The position numbers and the translations under genes are program-made. The notes below the pieces were generated by a model. That model had not been told where the DNA came from. It did not search any database and worked only from the letters and a program-made list of their open reading frames with translations. Below, piece by piece: positions 9,474-19,947 of a stretch of DNA of 64,000 nt; within the stretch, counting starts at the first letter, position 1, and every line of letters begins with the position of its first letter. The stretch is from contig CAVVWJ010000002.1 in NCBI GenBank assembly GCA_963751925.1, positions 1,510,560 through 1,574,559 of the forward strand, given 5' to 3'. Origin of the DNA: an uncultured Gemmatimonadales bacterium (lineage in GTDB: Bacteria; Gemmatimonadota; Gemmatimonadetes; Gemmatimonadales; GWC2-71-9).

Positions 9474-10946
9474 TCAGGACCTGATCTCGACGTACGTCGC
9501 CTTTCGCAGCCGGTCGAGGTACCGCCGGATCGACAGCTGCTGCCCGAGCTGCTCCCGTATTCGATCGCGGACGTCTTCGAACTTCATCTGGCCCTCGGCG
9601 CGCCGGCCGATGACCTGCAGCACGACGAACTGGTCGCGCCCGCCGGAGCCCGGGATGGTGAAGACCGGCAGCACCGCGCCCGAGTCCGCGTTCGCCACGA
9701 TCTTGGAATAGTTCTCCGGCAGCTTATCGATCGGGACGTTGTCTGCCTCGCGTTCGGCGGAGGGGTCGTGGTAGATCCGCTGGAGTGAGTCGAAGCGCGC
9801 ACCCGACTTCAACGCCTTATACACCGACTCGGCCACTACCCGGGCGCTGTCGATGTGCGCCGAATCCACCTGCGGCACCAACAGGATATGCCTGGCCTGG
9901 ACCTCGCCCGGTTGAACCCGCTCGACCTGAATGATGTGGAACCCGAAAGGCGACTCAACCGGATCAGAGACGACACCCGGCTTGAGCGCGAACGCCACCC
10001 GCTCGAACTCGGGCACCATGACACCGCGCCGGAACCAATTCAGCGAGCCGCCCTGCTCTTTCGAGCCCGGGTCCTGAGAGAAGCGCCGGGCCGCGGTGGC
10101 GAAATCGGCACCGCGCCGAAGCTCCAGCACGATCGAATCCGCTTGCGCTTTGACCTTTGCCTTCGCCGCCGGCGACGCTTTCGGAGTGATGACGATCTGA
10201 CGGAACGAGAGCGTGGCGGGACGGTTGCCGAGGGTTGCCTTCTGCTCTTCGTAGAACTCTCGCATCTCCTTTTCGGTCGGCGCGACCGGCTTGAGCTTTC
10301 CTTCGCCCTTGAGCTTCTCGATCAGCCGGTTCTGTAACGCAGCCCGCCGCTGTTGGTCGGTGAGCCAGCGGCGGTACTCTTCCGGCGTCTGGAACCCTGC
10401 CTTCTGCAGCTCCGCCCGATAGTCGACCTCGGAGCTGAAGTTGCCACGCACCTTCCGGACCTGTTCCTCCACCCCGCTCGCGATCTCCTCGTCGGTGACC
10501 TTGATTGACGTGTCGCGTTGGGCCTGCTGCACCAGCAGCTCCTCGTCGATGATCGAGCCGACAATCTCGTGTCGAATCGACTGGATCCCCTCGGCCGTGG
10601 TGGGAAGCTTGGCGCCCTGAGATTGGCGCGAGAAAATTTCCTCGTCCACCTGGGACGCGAGCACCGGCCGGTTTCCTACCACCGCCAGGACCCGGTCCAC
10701 CACGAACGTGGTATCCCGCTGGGGACCCGCCGGGACTGCGGCAGCATTGGAGCTGTCGGCGGGAGCGGTATCGCTGGTATCCAGCAACGCCGCAGCCGAA
10801 TCGGGCCTAGGGGCAGCGGAATCAACTGCCGCGCGCGTGGTATCCTGGGCCGACGCCGCAACCGACCAGAGCGGCATCAGGGCCAGACATCCGATCAGAT
10901 ATCTTGCCTTCATTGCTCCAGCCTCATCACTTCTTCGTCTTGGCAC
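9474..10946 (-). CDS. SurA-like periplasmic chaperone / PpiC-type peptidyl-prolyl isomerase
   Basis: Signal peptide (likely start at MKARYL, 10913), a SurA_N-like region and a parvulin domain (FGFHIIQV). It lies upstream of pdxA, as in the classical surA-pdxA arrangement. Confidence 0.8.
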   Translation of the reverse strand: MPRRRSDEAGAMKARYLIGCLALMPLWSVAASAQDTTRAAVDSAAPRPDSAAALLDTSDTAPADSSNAAAVPAGPQRDTTFVVDRVLAVVGNRPVLASQVDEEIFSRQSQGAKLPTTAEGIQSIRHEIVGSIIDEELLVQQAQRDTSIKVTDEEIASGVEEQVRKVRGNFSSEVDYRAELQKAGFQTPEEYRRWLTDQQRRAALQNRLIEKLKGEGKLKPVAPTEKEMREFYEEQKATLGNRPATLSFRQIVITPKASPAAKAKVKAQADSIVLELRRGADFATAARRFSQDPGSKEQGGSLNWFRRGVMVPEFERVAFALKPGVVSDPVESPFGFHIIQVERVQPGEVQARHILLVPQVDSAHIDSARVVAESVYKALKSGARFDSLQRIYHDPSAEREADNVPIDKLPENYSKIVANADSGAVLPVFTIPGSGGRDQFVVLQVIGRRAEGQMKFEDVRDRIREQLGQQLSIRRYLDRLRKATYVEIRS

Positions 10947-12495
10947 TGTCCCCGCGAGCTGCCGGCGGACTGTTCGGTGCGGGCGTGCCCTTGGGCGCAG
11001 CCTTGCCCTTCGGTGCTGCGGCGCCTTTACCGGCGCTGTCTCGCGGTCCAGGCCCTACGCCGGGAATCGGGGCAGGTCCAGGCGCAGGCTGCAACGGACC
11101 AGCCTTGGCCTTGGTGGAGTCAGACTTCCGTCGTTCGGCTTCCGCGATTTCAATGGCCCGATTGAGACCAGCTTCGTAGACCCGATAGGTCGAGCGCTCC
11201 CGCAGCAGCGTCGCCAGGGCCGAAGGCAGTGGACGAAGCCGGGTGTTGCCGTTGATCAAACCATCGAAGTACTGCTCCAGCTTGAGTCCCGCCAGCTTGT
11301 CGCGCTCACCCTTAGCTCCGCTGGAATCGCGCAGATCGGCAGCGGCCAGACCCATTTCACTGCGCAAGGTGTCGAGCTGGCCGCGGTAGTTCTCTGCCAG
11401 TGACTTCCACTCGGCTGGCGTGACCTGAATCTTGGCGGAGTCTGCCTGGCGAAGCAGCAGCAGATTCTGGCTCAGAATCTTGGCGAACTTGGTGAGCATG
11501 CTGTCATCCGCCTGCCGCAGCTGAGCGGAATATTGCGGCGGCAGTGCCTGGACCCAGCGCATGAACTCGGCGACCGTTAGCTCACCGCCTTTGAAGGTGA
11601 CCAGCGTCTTCTTGGACCGGCGCGCCGCATCAGGGTCTTTGCTGGCGTCACGCATCTCTTTTGCGGCGCCTTTGGCGACCTTGATGTTTCGTGTGAGCGC
11701 GAGGCTATCCATGTAAATCGAGTCGAGGCGCATGCCGGCGCTCTGTGCCAGGTACGAGGTCAGCCGGTCGCGAACCGCGTCCTCGCTTGGACGTTTGATG
11801 ATGTGGTAGCCGAATGGGCTTTCAACGATTCCGCTCATCCCCCCAGGTGCAAGGGTCCATCCGGCGCTGTCGAAGGAGGTGACGAACTTGCCCTTGGGGC
11901 TGGGAGGGAGAAATCCGCGATCGGCCCGGCTGCCGGGGTCCTCGGACAGCTGGGAAGCCAGCTGACCGAAGTCGGCGCCTTTCTTGAGGCGCGCCAGCGT
12001 GCCCTCGGCCTTCTTGCGGACGCCGCTGCGGGCTTCAGGCACCGCGTTGGGCTCGACCTTGAAGAGGATGTGCTGGAGCACCCGCACCTGGTCTCCCTGG
12101 TAGAGGCTGTCCGCCGCCTTGGGAGAAACGACTGAACGACGGGCCATCAGGGTGTCATGCCAGTGACTCCCCTTCATCTCGGCCAGCTCCGGCCAGACCG
12201 CCTGGGCCACGCTGGCGGAATCGACCGGGAGCTTGTTGTCGACCGCGGCCTGCGCGAACAGGGCATAGTCGATCCACATGTTGGCGACAAAGCTGGCCGC
12301 TTCGCGAGTGGTCTTTAGACCCTTGCCCCCGGTCAAAATCTGACCCAACCTCTGGGCCGAGAGCTGCTGTTTGCCCGCGACGGCAGCAACGTCGGCGTGA
12401 GCCGAGAAGAGGTCCCGGAAGCCAGAGCATCCGGCGAGACTCCCGACCACTACGACTCCAACCAGCCACGCTCCGTTCAGTACAGTGCGACGCAT
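10927..12495 (-). CDS. parvulin-type PPIase lipoprotein (PpiD/SurA-like) with a Pro/Ala/Lys-rich tail
   Basis: Lipobox SLAGC, a parvulin motif FGYHIIK, and a low-complexity C-terminus. Confidence 0.75.
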   Translation of the reverse strand: MRRTVLNGAWLVGVVVVGSLAGCSGFRDLFSAHADVAAVAGKQQLSAQRLGQILTGGKGLKTTREAASFVANMWIDYALFAQAAVDNKLPVDSASVAQAVWPELAEMKGSHWHDTLMARRSVVSPKAADSLYQGDQVRVLQHILFKVEPNAVPEARSGVRKKAEGTLARLKKGADFGQLASQLSEDPGSRADRGFLPPSPKGKFVTSFDSAGWTLAPGGMSGIVESPFGYHIIKRPSEDAVRDRLTSYLAQSAGMRLDSIYMDSLALTRNIKVAKGAAKEMRDASKDPDAARRSKKTLVTFKGGELTVAEFMRWVQALPPQYSAQLRQADDSMLTKFAKILSQNLLLLRQADSAKIQVTPAEWKSLAENYRGQLDTLRSEMGLAAADLRDSSGAKGERDKLAGLKLEQYFDGLINGNTRLRPLPSALATLLRERSTYRVYEAGLNRAIEIAEAERRKSDSTKAKAGPLQPAPGPAPIPGVGPGPRDSAGKGAAAPKGKAAPKGTPAPNSPPAARGDSAKTKK

Positions 12496-12545
12496 TGAAT
12501 CTCCAGAAAAAGAAGCGATCGGCTATTCGCCACCCAGGCAATAGC

Positions 12546-15500
12546 TCACAGAGTTTTTCTCAAGGCCCGAACCAGGGCCGGGATAATGGGCTCACCACCG
12601 AGACGGGTAAGCCGGAGCGACAGCGGCACCGTCCGGCGCACTTCCGCAGCCAGCTGCACGTCGTCGAGGGCGGAGGTCAACCCGGCGAGCTTGGGGGCAG
12701 TTCCGGGGCGGAATGTCAGACGGGCTTCATCCCCGCGGACCAGCACGTTTTGAAGCCCGAGCACCGCTCCCATGACCCGAAGCCGGGTCATGTCCAGCAG
12801 GGTCTCGGTCTCAGGAGGCAGAGGCCCGAAGCGTTCACGCAGTTCATCTCGTAGGCCATCAATTTCATCGGATGCACTGGCTCGCGCCAGTCGTCGGTAC
12901 AGGTCCAGCTTGATGTCGTCTTCCGGAACGTATCCATCGGGAAGGTGAGCCGGCCGGTCGAGGACCACATCGGGAGGCGCGGGTTGATCGACGGTTCCCT
13001 GCCCCCGCAGGGCCCGAACAGTCTCCTCCAGCCAGCGCATGTAGAGATCAAACCCCACCGCCTGCGCGTGGCCCGACTGCTCGGCGCCGAGCAAATTTCC
13101 GGCGCCCCTTAGCTCGAGGTCCTTGAGTGCGATCCGGTAGCCGGCGCCCAGATCAGTATGATGCTCGAGCACCTTCAACCGTTCTTCCGCGTCCGCGTCG
13201 ATCGTATCCGGCACCAGGAGATAGCAGTAGGCGCGCCGGTGGCTTCGTCCCACCCTTCCCCGCAACTGGTAGAGCTGGGCCAGGCCGAACCGATGAGCAT
13301 CGTGAACCACCATGGTGTTGGCGTTGGCGACGTCGAGCCCCGATTCGACGATCATGGTAGAGACCAGAATGTCCACCTCACCCGCGACGAAGCAGCGCAT
13401 CACCCCTTCCAGCGCCTCCGCCGGCATCTGACCGTGAGCGACGCCAATGCGGGCTCGTGGTGCCAGCGACCGAACTCGAGCGGCGATAGTCTCGATTGTC
13501 TCGATCCGGTTGTGGACTGCGAATACCTGACCACCGCGATCGATCTCACGCGCGAATGCTTCCTCCAGCAACTCGTCGTCCCACGGCTCGACGAACGTAA
13601 GGATCGGCGACCGGTCGCGCGGCGGCGTTTCGATCAGTGTAAGATCGCGAAGGCCGGCCAGTGAAAGGTGGAGCGTGCGCGGGATCGGCGTCGCGGTCAG
13701 AGTCAGCACGTCAACCGACAGGCGCAACGCCTTGAGCCGCTCTTTGTGCTTGACCCCGAAGCGGTGCTCCTCGTCCACCACGAGGAGCCCGAGATCCTTG
13801 AAGGCGACGTCTCGTGAGAGCAGCCGGTGAGTCCCGATGACGACATCAGTCTCTCCGGAAGCCAGCCGCTCGAGGGCCTGCTTCTGCTCTTTGCCCGTCC
13901 GGAAACGGGAAAGGACCTCGATCTTTACCGGGAAGTCCGCCAACCGTTCGACGAAGGTGCGCCCGTGCTGCTCCGCCAGAATCGTGGTGGGGACCAGTAC
14001 GGCAACCTGTTTGCCCCCTTGGACCGCCTTGAAGGCCGCCCGGACGGCAATTTCCGTCTTCCCGTAGCCGACGTCACCCACCAGGAGGCGGTCCATCGGG
14101 CGAGGCTGCTCCATGTCGTGCTTGACCTCCTCCGTGGCCTTCCGCTGATCGGGCGTGTCCTCATAGAGGAAGCTGGATTCGAGCTCCCGTTGCCACTTCG
14201 TATCGGGAGGAAAGGCGTACCCGCCCGTGACGGTTCTCCGGGCGTACAGATCAAGCAGCTCGGCGGCCATCTGGCGAATCGCCTGGCGAGTCTTCTCCCG
14301 GACTCGCTGCCAGGCAGTGCCGCCCAGCCGGTGAATTCGTGGCGGCGGACGATCGCCATCCTCGCCCGCGGCTCGATAGCGCTCGAGCTGGTCGAGCCGG
14401 TACAGCGGCACGTTGAGACGATCGCCGCCCTCGTATTCGACGATTGCCACTTCCAGCGTCGAATCCCCGGCGACGATGGTGGCAATGCCTCGATAAATCC
14501 CGATGCCGTGCTCCAGGTGCACGACATAGTCGCCCAGGGTCAGTGCACCGGTTGCGGCCGAAGGTGCGGCCTGCCGATACCGCCGTGCACGGCGGAGCCT
14601 GCGGGCCCGCCGGAATATTTCGTGGTCGGTGAGCACCCGGAGGGTCGGCATCACGAACCCGCCATCCAGCGCCCCGATCGCCAGCGTCGCCACACCCCGA
14701 GACCGGCCACCCTCTTCCAGCAGCTCTTCCATGCGCTCGAGCTGACCTTCGTTGTCGCAGAGGATCAGGGTCGGAGTGCCCGACCCGAGCAGGGCTCGAA
14801 GCCGGTTGAGGTCCCGGTCGACCCGCTCGGGAGGGAAGAAGCCGAACTGAACGTCGGTGCTTTCGTCGCGAAGCAGCAGGCGGGGAAATCCCTCGATCCG
14901 AGACCGCCAGTCCGCCGGTTCCTGAAAGATCGCTTCGCGACTCGGCACGTCCTCTCCCAGACGCCGGGCCACTTCGAGGTGGTGCTCGGCTTCGTTCCAG
15001 GCCCGGGTGACTTCGTCCAGGTCGGGACCGAACGCTTCCTCGATGAGGATCGTGTCGGAGGGGAGAAGCTCCAGGAGGGTGCGGCGGACTGGGGGAGGAC
15101 CATTGCCGGTCCCATCGCTTCGCCCGTCGGCAGCATCCCGAACTGCCTGGGTATTGATGGGCAGGACGGTGACCTCGTTCAGCTCCTGGAGCGACCGCTG
15201 GCTGGTCAGGTCGAAGCCGCGCAGGGAGGAGATGTCATCTCCCCACCACTCGAGTCGCGCCGGACTCGCCATGCCGAAGCCGTAGACGTCGAGAATTCCA
15301 CCCCGGACGCTGAACTCCGCCACTTCCGTTACCGTGGGCACCCGGCGGTAGCCCATGACCTCGAGCGCACGCGCAAGCTGCAACGGGGGCCGCCGTTCTC
15401 CCACTGTGAGCTTGAGCTGGAGCCGCTCGAGCACTGCTGGTAGAAGGGTGCGCTCTGCAGTTGCCCGCGCGGTAGTGACGAGGATCCGGAGCTGTCCCTG

Positions 15501-15833
15501 GAGCAGTGCCTGGACCGCTTCCGCGCGCTCACCGGCAATCTCGAAGTGGGGCTCGTCCTCTCCCAGCGCCTCTCGTTGCGGATAGAGCGCTATCGCGGCG
15601 TCGGTGAGATGGCCGAGATCACTCAACCATCGCTCGCCGTCCGCGGGAGTCGGAGCCACGATGGTCAGGAGCCGCTGGGGAAAGGCTCGGACCAGCCAGG
15701 AGGCCAGCACCGCCCCACTCGAGCCCGGTAGACCACCGAGTCGAAGCGCCTGGCCTCGACCCGGGAGTCTCTCACCAAAGTCCCGCACCACCGGCACCCG
15801 CTCGAACGCATCCAGCACCAGGTTGAGACTCAC
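12546..15833 (-). CDS. mfd: transcription-repair coupling factor Mfd
   Basis: UvrB-homology N-terminus, a CarD-like domain, superfamily-2 helicase motifs (GDVGYGKTE, DEEHRFG, LTATPIPRT, QLRGRVGR) and a TRG region. The likely start is GTG 15833, in a GTGA overlap with the upstream stop. Confidence 0.95.
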   Translation of the reverse strand: MSLNLVLDAFERVPVVRDFGERLPGRGQALRLGGLPGSSGAVLASWLVRAFPQRLLTIVAPTPADGERWLSDLGHLTDAAIALYPQREALGEDEPHFEIAGERAEAVQALLQGQLRILVTTARATAERTLLPAVLERLQLKLTVGERRPPLQLARALEVMGYRRVPTVTEVAEFSVRGGILDVYGFGMASPARLEWWGDDISSLRGFDLTSQRSLQELNEVTVLPINTQAVRDAADGRSDGTGNGPPPVRRTLLELLPSDTILIEEAFGPDLDEVTRAWNEAEHHLEVARRLGEDVPSREAIFQEPADWRSRIEGFPRLLLRDESTDVQFGFFPPERVDRDLNRLRALLGSGTPTLILCDNEGQLERMEELLEEGGRSRGVATLAIGALDGGFVMPTLRVLTDHEIFRRARRLRRARRYRQAAPSAATGALTLGDYVVHLEHGIGIYRGIATIVAGDSTLEVAIVEYEGGDRLNVPLYRLDQLERYRAAGEDGDRPPPRIHRLGGTAWQRVREKTRQAIRQMAAELLDLYARRTVTGGYAFPPDTKWQRELESSFLYEDTPDQRKATEEVKHDMEQPRPMDRLLVGDVGYGKTEIAVRAAFKAVQGGKQVAVLVPTTILAEQHGRTFVERLADFPVKIEVLSRFRTGKEQKQALERLASGETDVVIGTHRLLSRDVAFKDLGLLVVDEEHRFGVKHKERLKALRLSVDVLTLTATPIPRTLHLSLAGLRDLTLIETPPRDRSPILTFVEPWDDELLEEAFAREIDRGGQVFAVHNRIETIETIAARVRSLAPRARIGVAHGQMPAEALEGVMRCFVAGEVDILVSTMIVESGLDVANANTMVVHDAHRFGLAQLYQLRGRVGRSHRRAYCYLLVPDTIDADAEERLKVLEHHTDLGAGYRIALKDLELRGAGNLLGAEQSGHAQAVGFDLYMRWLEETVRALRGQGTVDQPAPPDVVLDRPAHLPDGYVPEDDIKLDLYRRLARASASDEIDGLRDELRERFGPLPPETETLLDMTRLRVMGAVLGLQNVLVRGDEARLTFRPGTAPKLAGLTSALDDVQLAAEVRRTVPLSLRLTRLGGEPIIPALVRALRKTL

Positions 15834-17614
15834 GCCCGTCGCCTCCACCCACTCGCAAGGCTCACCTCTGCCAAGCCGACCATCAGGGCAGCCCACAAGA
15901 GCGGTCCTCGGAGGTCTCCCCGAGACGCCGACGAGAACGCCGCACCGCCGACCTTGCTCAATGACTGAACCCGAGCGCCTCGCCAGAGCTGCCGGGTCTG
16001 TGAATCGCTGGCCCGGACCAGCTTCGACTCCCGGGGATCCGGGTTGGCGCTGATGGCACCAACAGTGTCTCTATCCGCTTCCAGGAAGTAGATGCCGGTC
16101 TCGGTCGGCTGGAACATGCCGCCACCTTCCACTCTCCACTCCCGTTCTCCCTGACGTACCGCGGTTACTCGGTCGGGCAGCGCAATCTGTTCACCGGGGG
16201 CGCCGCCGCTCAGTGCCACCTCGCCGCGAGCGAGACGGTTGAGCAGCACGTCCATGAACGGCATGAACCCGGGAGACACCGGCAAGTCGGTCCATGCTGG
16301 ATCGAGCCGGCTGCCCAGCAAAACGACATCACTGCCGCGGACGATCCAGGGGGCGCCGCCGACAGTCGCGAGCACACCGGTTCGCCCGCTCTCATGGGAC
16401 TCCAGAGTGTAGCGCTGGGTGACCCGCTGCCGACCGATGACGGCACCACTATCACTGGAAGCTGGCTCGGTCTTGAGGCTCCCATAGCTCCAACCGACAC
16501 CGCGAGCGGCGAGGGCCCGGTTCAGCGCCCCTACTTGAGCCGGGTCAGATGGTGGCTGAACTACTGATGTCCCGCGGCCGAGCCGGCCCAAGGTGATCTC
16601 GCGGCCCGGCAGCAGGCGGCGGTTGCTGGCGAGAACGTCGCATGCGGCGGCGATGTACTGGCTGGAGGAATCCCAGCTGACGCGTGCGACCGGGGCAACT
16701 CGAACCGCGGCGAGGCGCCTGTCATCGAGGCGGAATTCGTCGGCATCGAGCTGCGACGTCAGCGTCCACCATCCACTCGGTACACCGGGAAGTGACAGTG
16801 TCAGGGTACCGCCGACTTGCCCCAGCGCCTGACGCGGCGGCCGCTCGCCTAGCCAGGCGCTCACGGGACTGGCGCCGCCGCTGTCGCCAACCAGACTGAC
16901 GGAGATCCGCCCACCATCGGTTGACCAGGGTTGAGCACCGGTCTCGACCTGCCCTATGCCGGTGTTCGCTGGAGCGGCGGCGTCGGGCCGGCCAACAAAC
17001 AAAGGCACGGAAACGCTCGCAGGCGAGATCGCACTGGCTTGCAAGTCGGTCAGCAGCACGATCTCGCCGGGGCGAGCCTCGGTACTCAAAACTTCCCCGG
17101 CGAGGGTAATCGCGGCGCCGAGGTCGAGCCGTCTCGGCGAAACCGTCATACCGCGCACCGCTCCGCTCAGCGTCGTGTTGTCTCCCCGCCGGGGAACGCC
17201 ATCGGCTGTGACCAGCCATATCGCATCTTCCGGCGTGGCCCGATTCAGCACCTGCAGCCCGGCAGAGACGAGATGGCTCAGCTGGGGCGACCCATTGATG
17301 ACGGCACCGCTACTCGGAGAGTTATCAACGATGAGCACTATTGCGCTCGGCGTGTGTCCCGGCACTCCGCCGATCGGCGTGGTGGGTCCGGCCGCGGCAA
17401 TCACGAGTGCCGCGATCAATAACGTTCGGAGTACCAGGAGTAGCCAGTTCTGGAGCTTGAGACGCCGCTGATGTTCGCGTGTGGTGGTAACCAGGTAGCG
17501 AACGGCCGGAAACAGAACGGTCGGTGGCTCGCGCCGAGCGAGGAGGTGCACTAGAACCGGGATAGCCGCTGCCGCCAGTCCAGCCAGCACCCACGGGTGA
17601 AGAAAGCCAATCAT
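15830..17614 (-). CDS. BatA-N-terminal-domain / vWA membrane protein
   Basis: MIGFLHPWVLAGLAAAAIPVLVHLL is the aerotolerance-type N-terminal double-TM motif. A DxSxS MIDAS-like LIVDNSPSSG is present. The start ATG 17614 sits in an ATGA overlap with the DUF58 stop. Confidence 0.75.
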   Translation of the reverse strand: MIGFLHPWVLAGLAAAAIPVLVHLLARREPPTVLFPAVRYLVTTTREHQRRLKLQNWLLLVLRTLLIAALVIAAAGPTTPIGGVPGHTPSAIVLIVDNSPSSGAVINGSPQLSHLVSAGLQVLNRATPEDAIWLVTADGVPRRGDNTTLSGAVRGMTVSPRRLDLGAAITLAGEVLSTEARPGEIVLLTDLQASAISPASVSVPLFVGRPDAAAPANTGIGQVETGAQPWSTDGGRISVSLVGDSGGASPVSAWLGERPPRQALGQVGGTLTLSLPGVPSGWWTLTSQLDADEFRLDDRRLAAVRVAPVARVSWDSSSQYIAAACDVLASNRRLLPGREITLGRLGRGTSVVQPPSDPAQVGALNRALAARGVGWSYGSLKTEPASSDSGAVIGRQRVTQRYTLESHESGRTGVLATVGGAPWIVRGSDVVLLGSRLDPAWTDLPVSPGFMPFMDVLLNRLARGEVALSGGAPGEQIALPDRVTAVRQGEREWRVEGGGMFQPTETGIYFLEADRDTVGAISANPDPRESKLVRASDSQTRQLWRGARVQSLSKVGGAAFSSASRGDLRGPLLWAALMVGLAEVSLASGWRRRA

Positions 17615-18678
17615 GCCGAACGGGAGGGTGCGCTCAACGCTTCGCGAAGCACGACACCGAACGGTGTATCGGTTGTCACCCGCTGATATGCAATCCCGTG
17701 CCGGCGGCAGGCCACTCGCCACTCACTTACCACGGTTCGGACGGTATCCCGGTACGCGCCGGCCCAGTCCCGGGGGCGGAGGATGACCGCGGAGCGAGAC
17801 TCCGGATCCTCGAATCGGGCCTCGTTGGGCCCGCCCAGCGTCACCTCTGCCGGATCCATGATATGGAGAACAAGGACCTGGTGACCCCGATGTCTCAGGA
17901 AGCGGAGTGCCTTGAGGGCGAGCCCCCGGTCCAGCAATAAATCAGAGACGAAGACAACCAACCCTCGACGCCGGAGCTGGCCGACTACCCGGCGGAGTGC
18001 CGGCTCTGCTGCGGTGCCTTGGCCAGGTTCGAGACGGCTCAACGTCTGCAGCAGCTGATGCCAGTGGCTGAGCCGGGCCCGCGGGGGGGTAACACTGCGG
18101 ACGTCATCGTCGAAGGTGATCAGGCCGGCGGCATCGCGCTGGCGGATCAGGATGAGGGTAAGCGCTGCGATGAGGCGCTGGGCGTAGGCGAGCTTGGGGA
18201 GCACTGTCTCGGGTGACCCGGTCCAGGCCATGGAGCGGCTGGCGTCGCAGACCACCATCGCCCTGAGATTGGTCTCCTCCTCGAATTGCTTCACGTATAG
18301 CCGGTCGTTCCGGCCCAGGATCTTCCAGTCTATGTACCGCAGCTCGTCCCCGGCCTGGTACATCCGATGCTCGGCGAATTCCACCGAGAACCCCCGTCGT
18401 GGTGATCGATGGAGTCCGCTCAGAAACCCCTCGACCACTCCCTCAGTGATGAGCTCCAGGCCACCGAGTTTCGAGACCTCAAGGGGGTCGAGCAGGTCGA
18501 GTCGCGAGCGGCCGGGCGGTACAGCGGGACGGTACATGGAAGGCGCAACGTATCCGCCCGCGAGGGGTGAAGTCAAACTGATATATGACACCTGTCTGGC
18601 CATCCCTCTGTCATCCAGCAGCGACAGCCCGCTCTCCATGATGTTCACAATGCATCCTCCAAAGCCGTGCTCCGACAC
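17611..18678 (-). CDS. DUF58 family protein (vWA-like, usually a MoxR partner)
   Basis: GFLSGLHRSPRRGFSVEFAEHRMYQAGDELRYIDWK is the DUF58 signature, and VVCDASRSM is present. The exact start within the first ~45 codons is uncertain. Confidence 0.8.
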   Translation of the reverse strand: MSEHGFGGCIVNIMESGLSLLDDRGMARQVSYISLTSPLAGGYVAPSMYRPAVPPGRSRLDLLDPLEVSKLGGLELITEGVVEGFLSGLHRSPRRGFSVEFAEHRMYQAGDELRYIDWKILGRNDRLYVKQFEEETNLRAMVVCDASRSMAWTGSPETVLPKLAYAQRLIAALTLILIRQRDAAGLITFDDDVRSVTPPRARLSHWHQLLQTLSRLEPGQGTAAEPALRRVVGQLRRRGLVVFVSDLLLDRGLALKALRFLRHRGHQVLVLHIMDPAEVTLGGPNEARFEDPESRSAVILRPRDWAGAYRDTVRTVVSEWRVACRRHGIAYQRVTTDTPFGVVLREALSAPSRSA

Positions 18679-18746
18679 GCCTTGCCAACAGGAGCGAAGG
18701 TGGCACGCGGTCTGCTCGGCTCGGCTGCTTACGCTTGGGAGGCTTC

Positions 18747-19875
18747 ATGTTGATCGCGCTGGGGTGGATGATTCTCGCCAACACCACTCCCACACTTCAT
18801 AGCCCAACTGATCAGCAGTCCACTCTGCCGGTCCGCGCCGCTGCCGGTCCGGGTGTCAGTGTGTGGATGGACCGCGATCAGCCGTACCAGCGGGGGGATC
18901 GCGCTCACGTTTTCATCCGCACAGCCGAGCCGGCGTTCGTGACCGTGCTCAGGGTCGACACCGACGGGCAGTTGAGAGTCTTGTTTCCGAAGGAGCCATG
19001 GAGGACGACCAGGGTCGGGGGGAGTCGCACAATTCGAGGTCACAGAACCGGGCGGTGCGCGACCGCTCCTCATCGATGACTTCCCTGGTGTTGGATATCT
19101 CCTGGCGATCGCGTCTCCGTCTCCTTTTCACTACGAAGACATCACCCGCGGAGATTACTGGGATTTTCGCGCGATCTCGGGTGGACGGGTCCGGGGCGAC
19201 CCTTACGTGACCCTGTCGGACCTGGCACAAAAGGTTGCCGGCGAGAACCGGTACTTCTACGACATCGCCGCATACCACGTCGGTCGCCATTACGACTACC
19301 CGCGTTTCATGTGCTACGACTGCCACTCGTACGCGAGCTTTGACCAGTGGGATCCCTATGCCACCTCATGCGCCCGCTTTCGGGTGGTGATATACGACGA
19401 CCCGTCGTACTACCCATACCGCTATCAAGGCGGCCGACGGGTCGTCATTGATCGCCCGCTCCGCCCTTCGCCGATGTACGTCTTCAAGGATGCGCGCCCA
19501 GGAGCGGAGTACGTGTCACGGGTGCACGGCCGTCCGGACCGGGAAACCCGGCGGATGATGCTGGATCGGACCCGCACCAGCGCGGATATTGGCGGATCCG
19601 GCGCTGTCCCGGCACCAGGCATCGGCGCGCCGCGTGATCAGCCCACTCCTCGATCCGGATACCCGCTGACCCGCCGTGCACCACAGCCGGATTCAGCCAT
19701 TCCGCTCAATCGTGCTCTACCTGGAGAGCAAGTAACTCCTCGGGCACGTCGCTCACGCGAGCCCTCAGAACAACCCGATCAGGGCCGGGAGCCGAGGCCG
19801 GTGCCGCAGGTAAAGCGGGAAGCTGGAAGGCCGCGAAGTACCGGAGAACCCGAGCTTCGCCGCCGGAAGCCCTAG
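18747..19875 (+). pseudogene. DUF4384-like secreted protein, reading frame broken at a G6 run (19017-19022)
   Basis: GGGAGG Shine-Dalgarno before ATG 18747. Frame 0 encodes GDRAHVFIRTAEPAFVTVLRVDTDGQLRVLFP and stops at 19077. The +1 frame is open from 18976 and protein-like (GVAQFEVTEPGGARPLLIDDFPGVGYLLAIAS...), continuing into the 19207..19875 ORF. Confidence 0.7.
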
Positions 19876-19947
19876 CCGCTCACCCCCGGGCCCGGGTCTC
19901 GGTATGTTGTGCATAGGCCACGCTCAACTCCATTCCTGGACCCAGCC

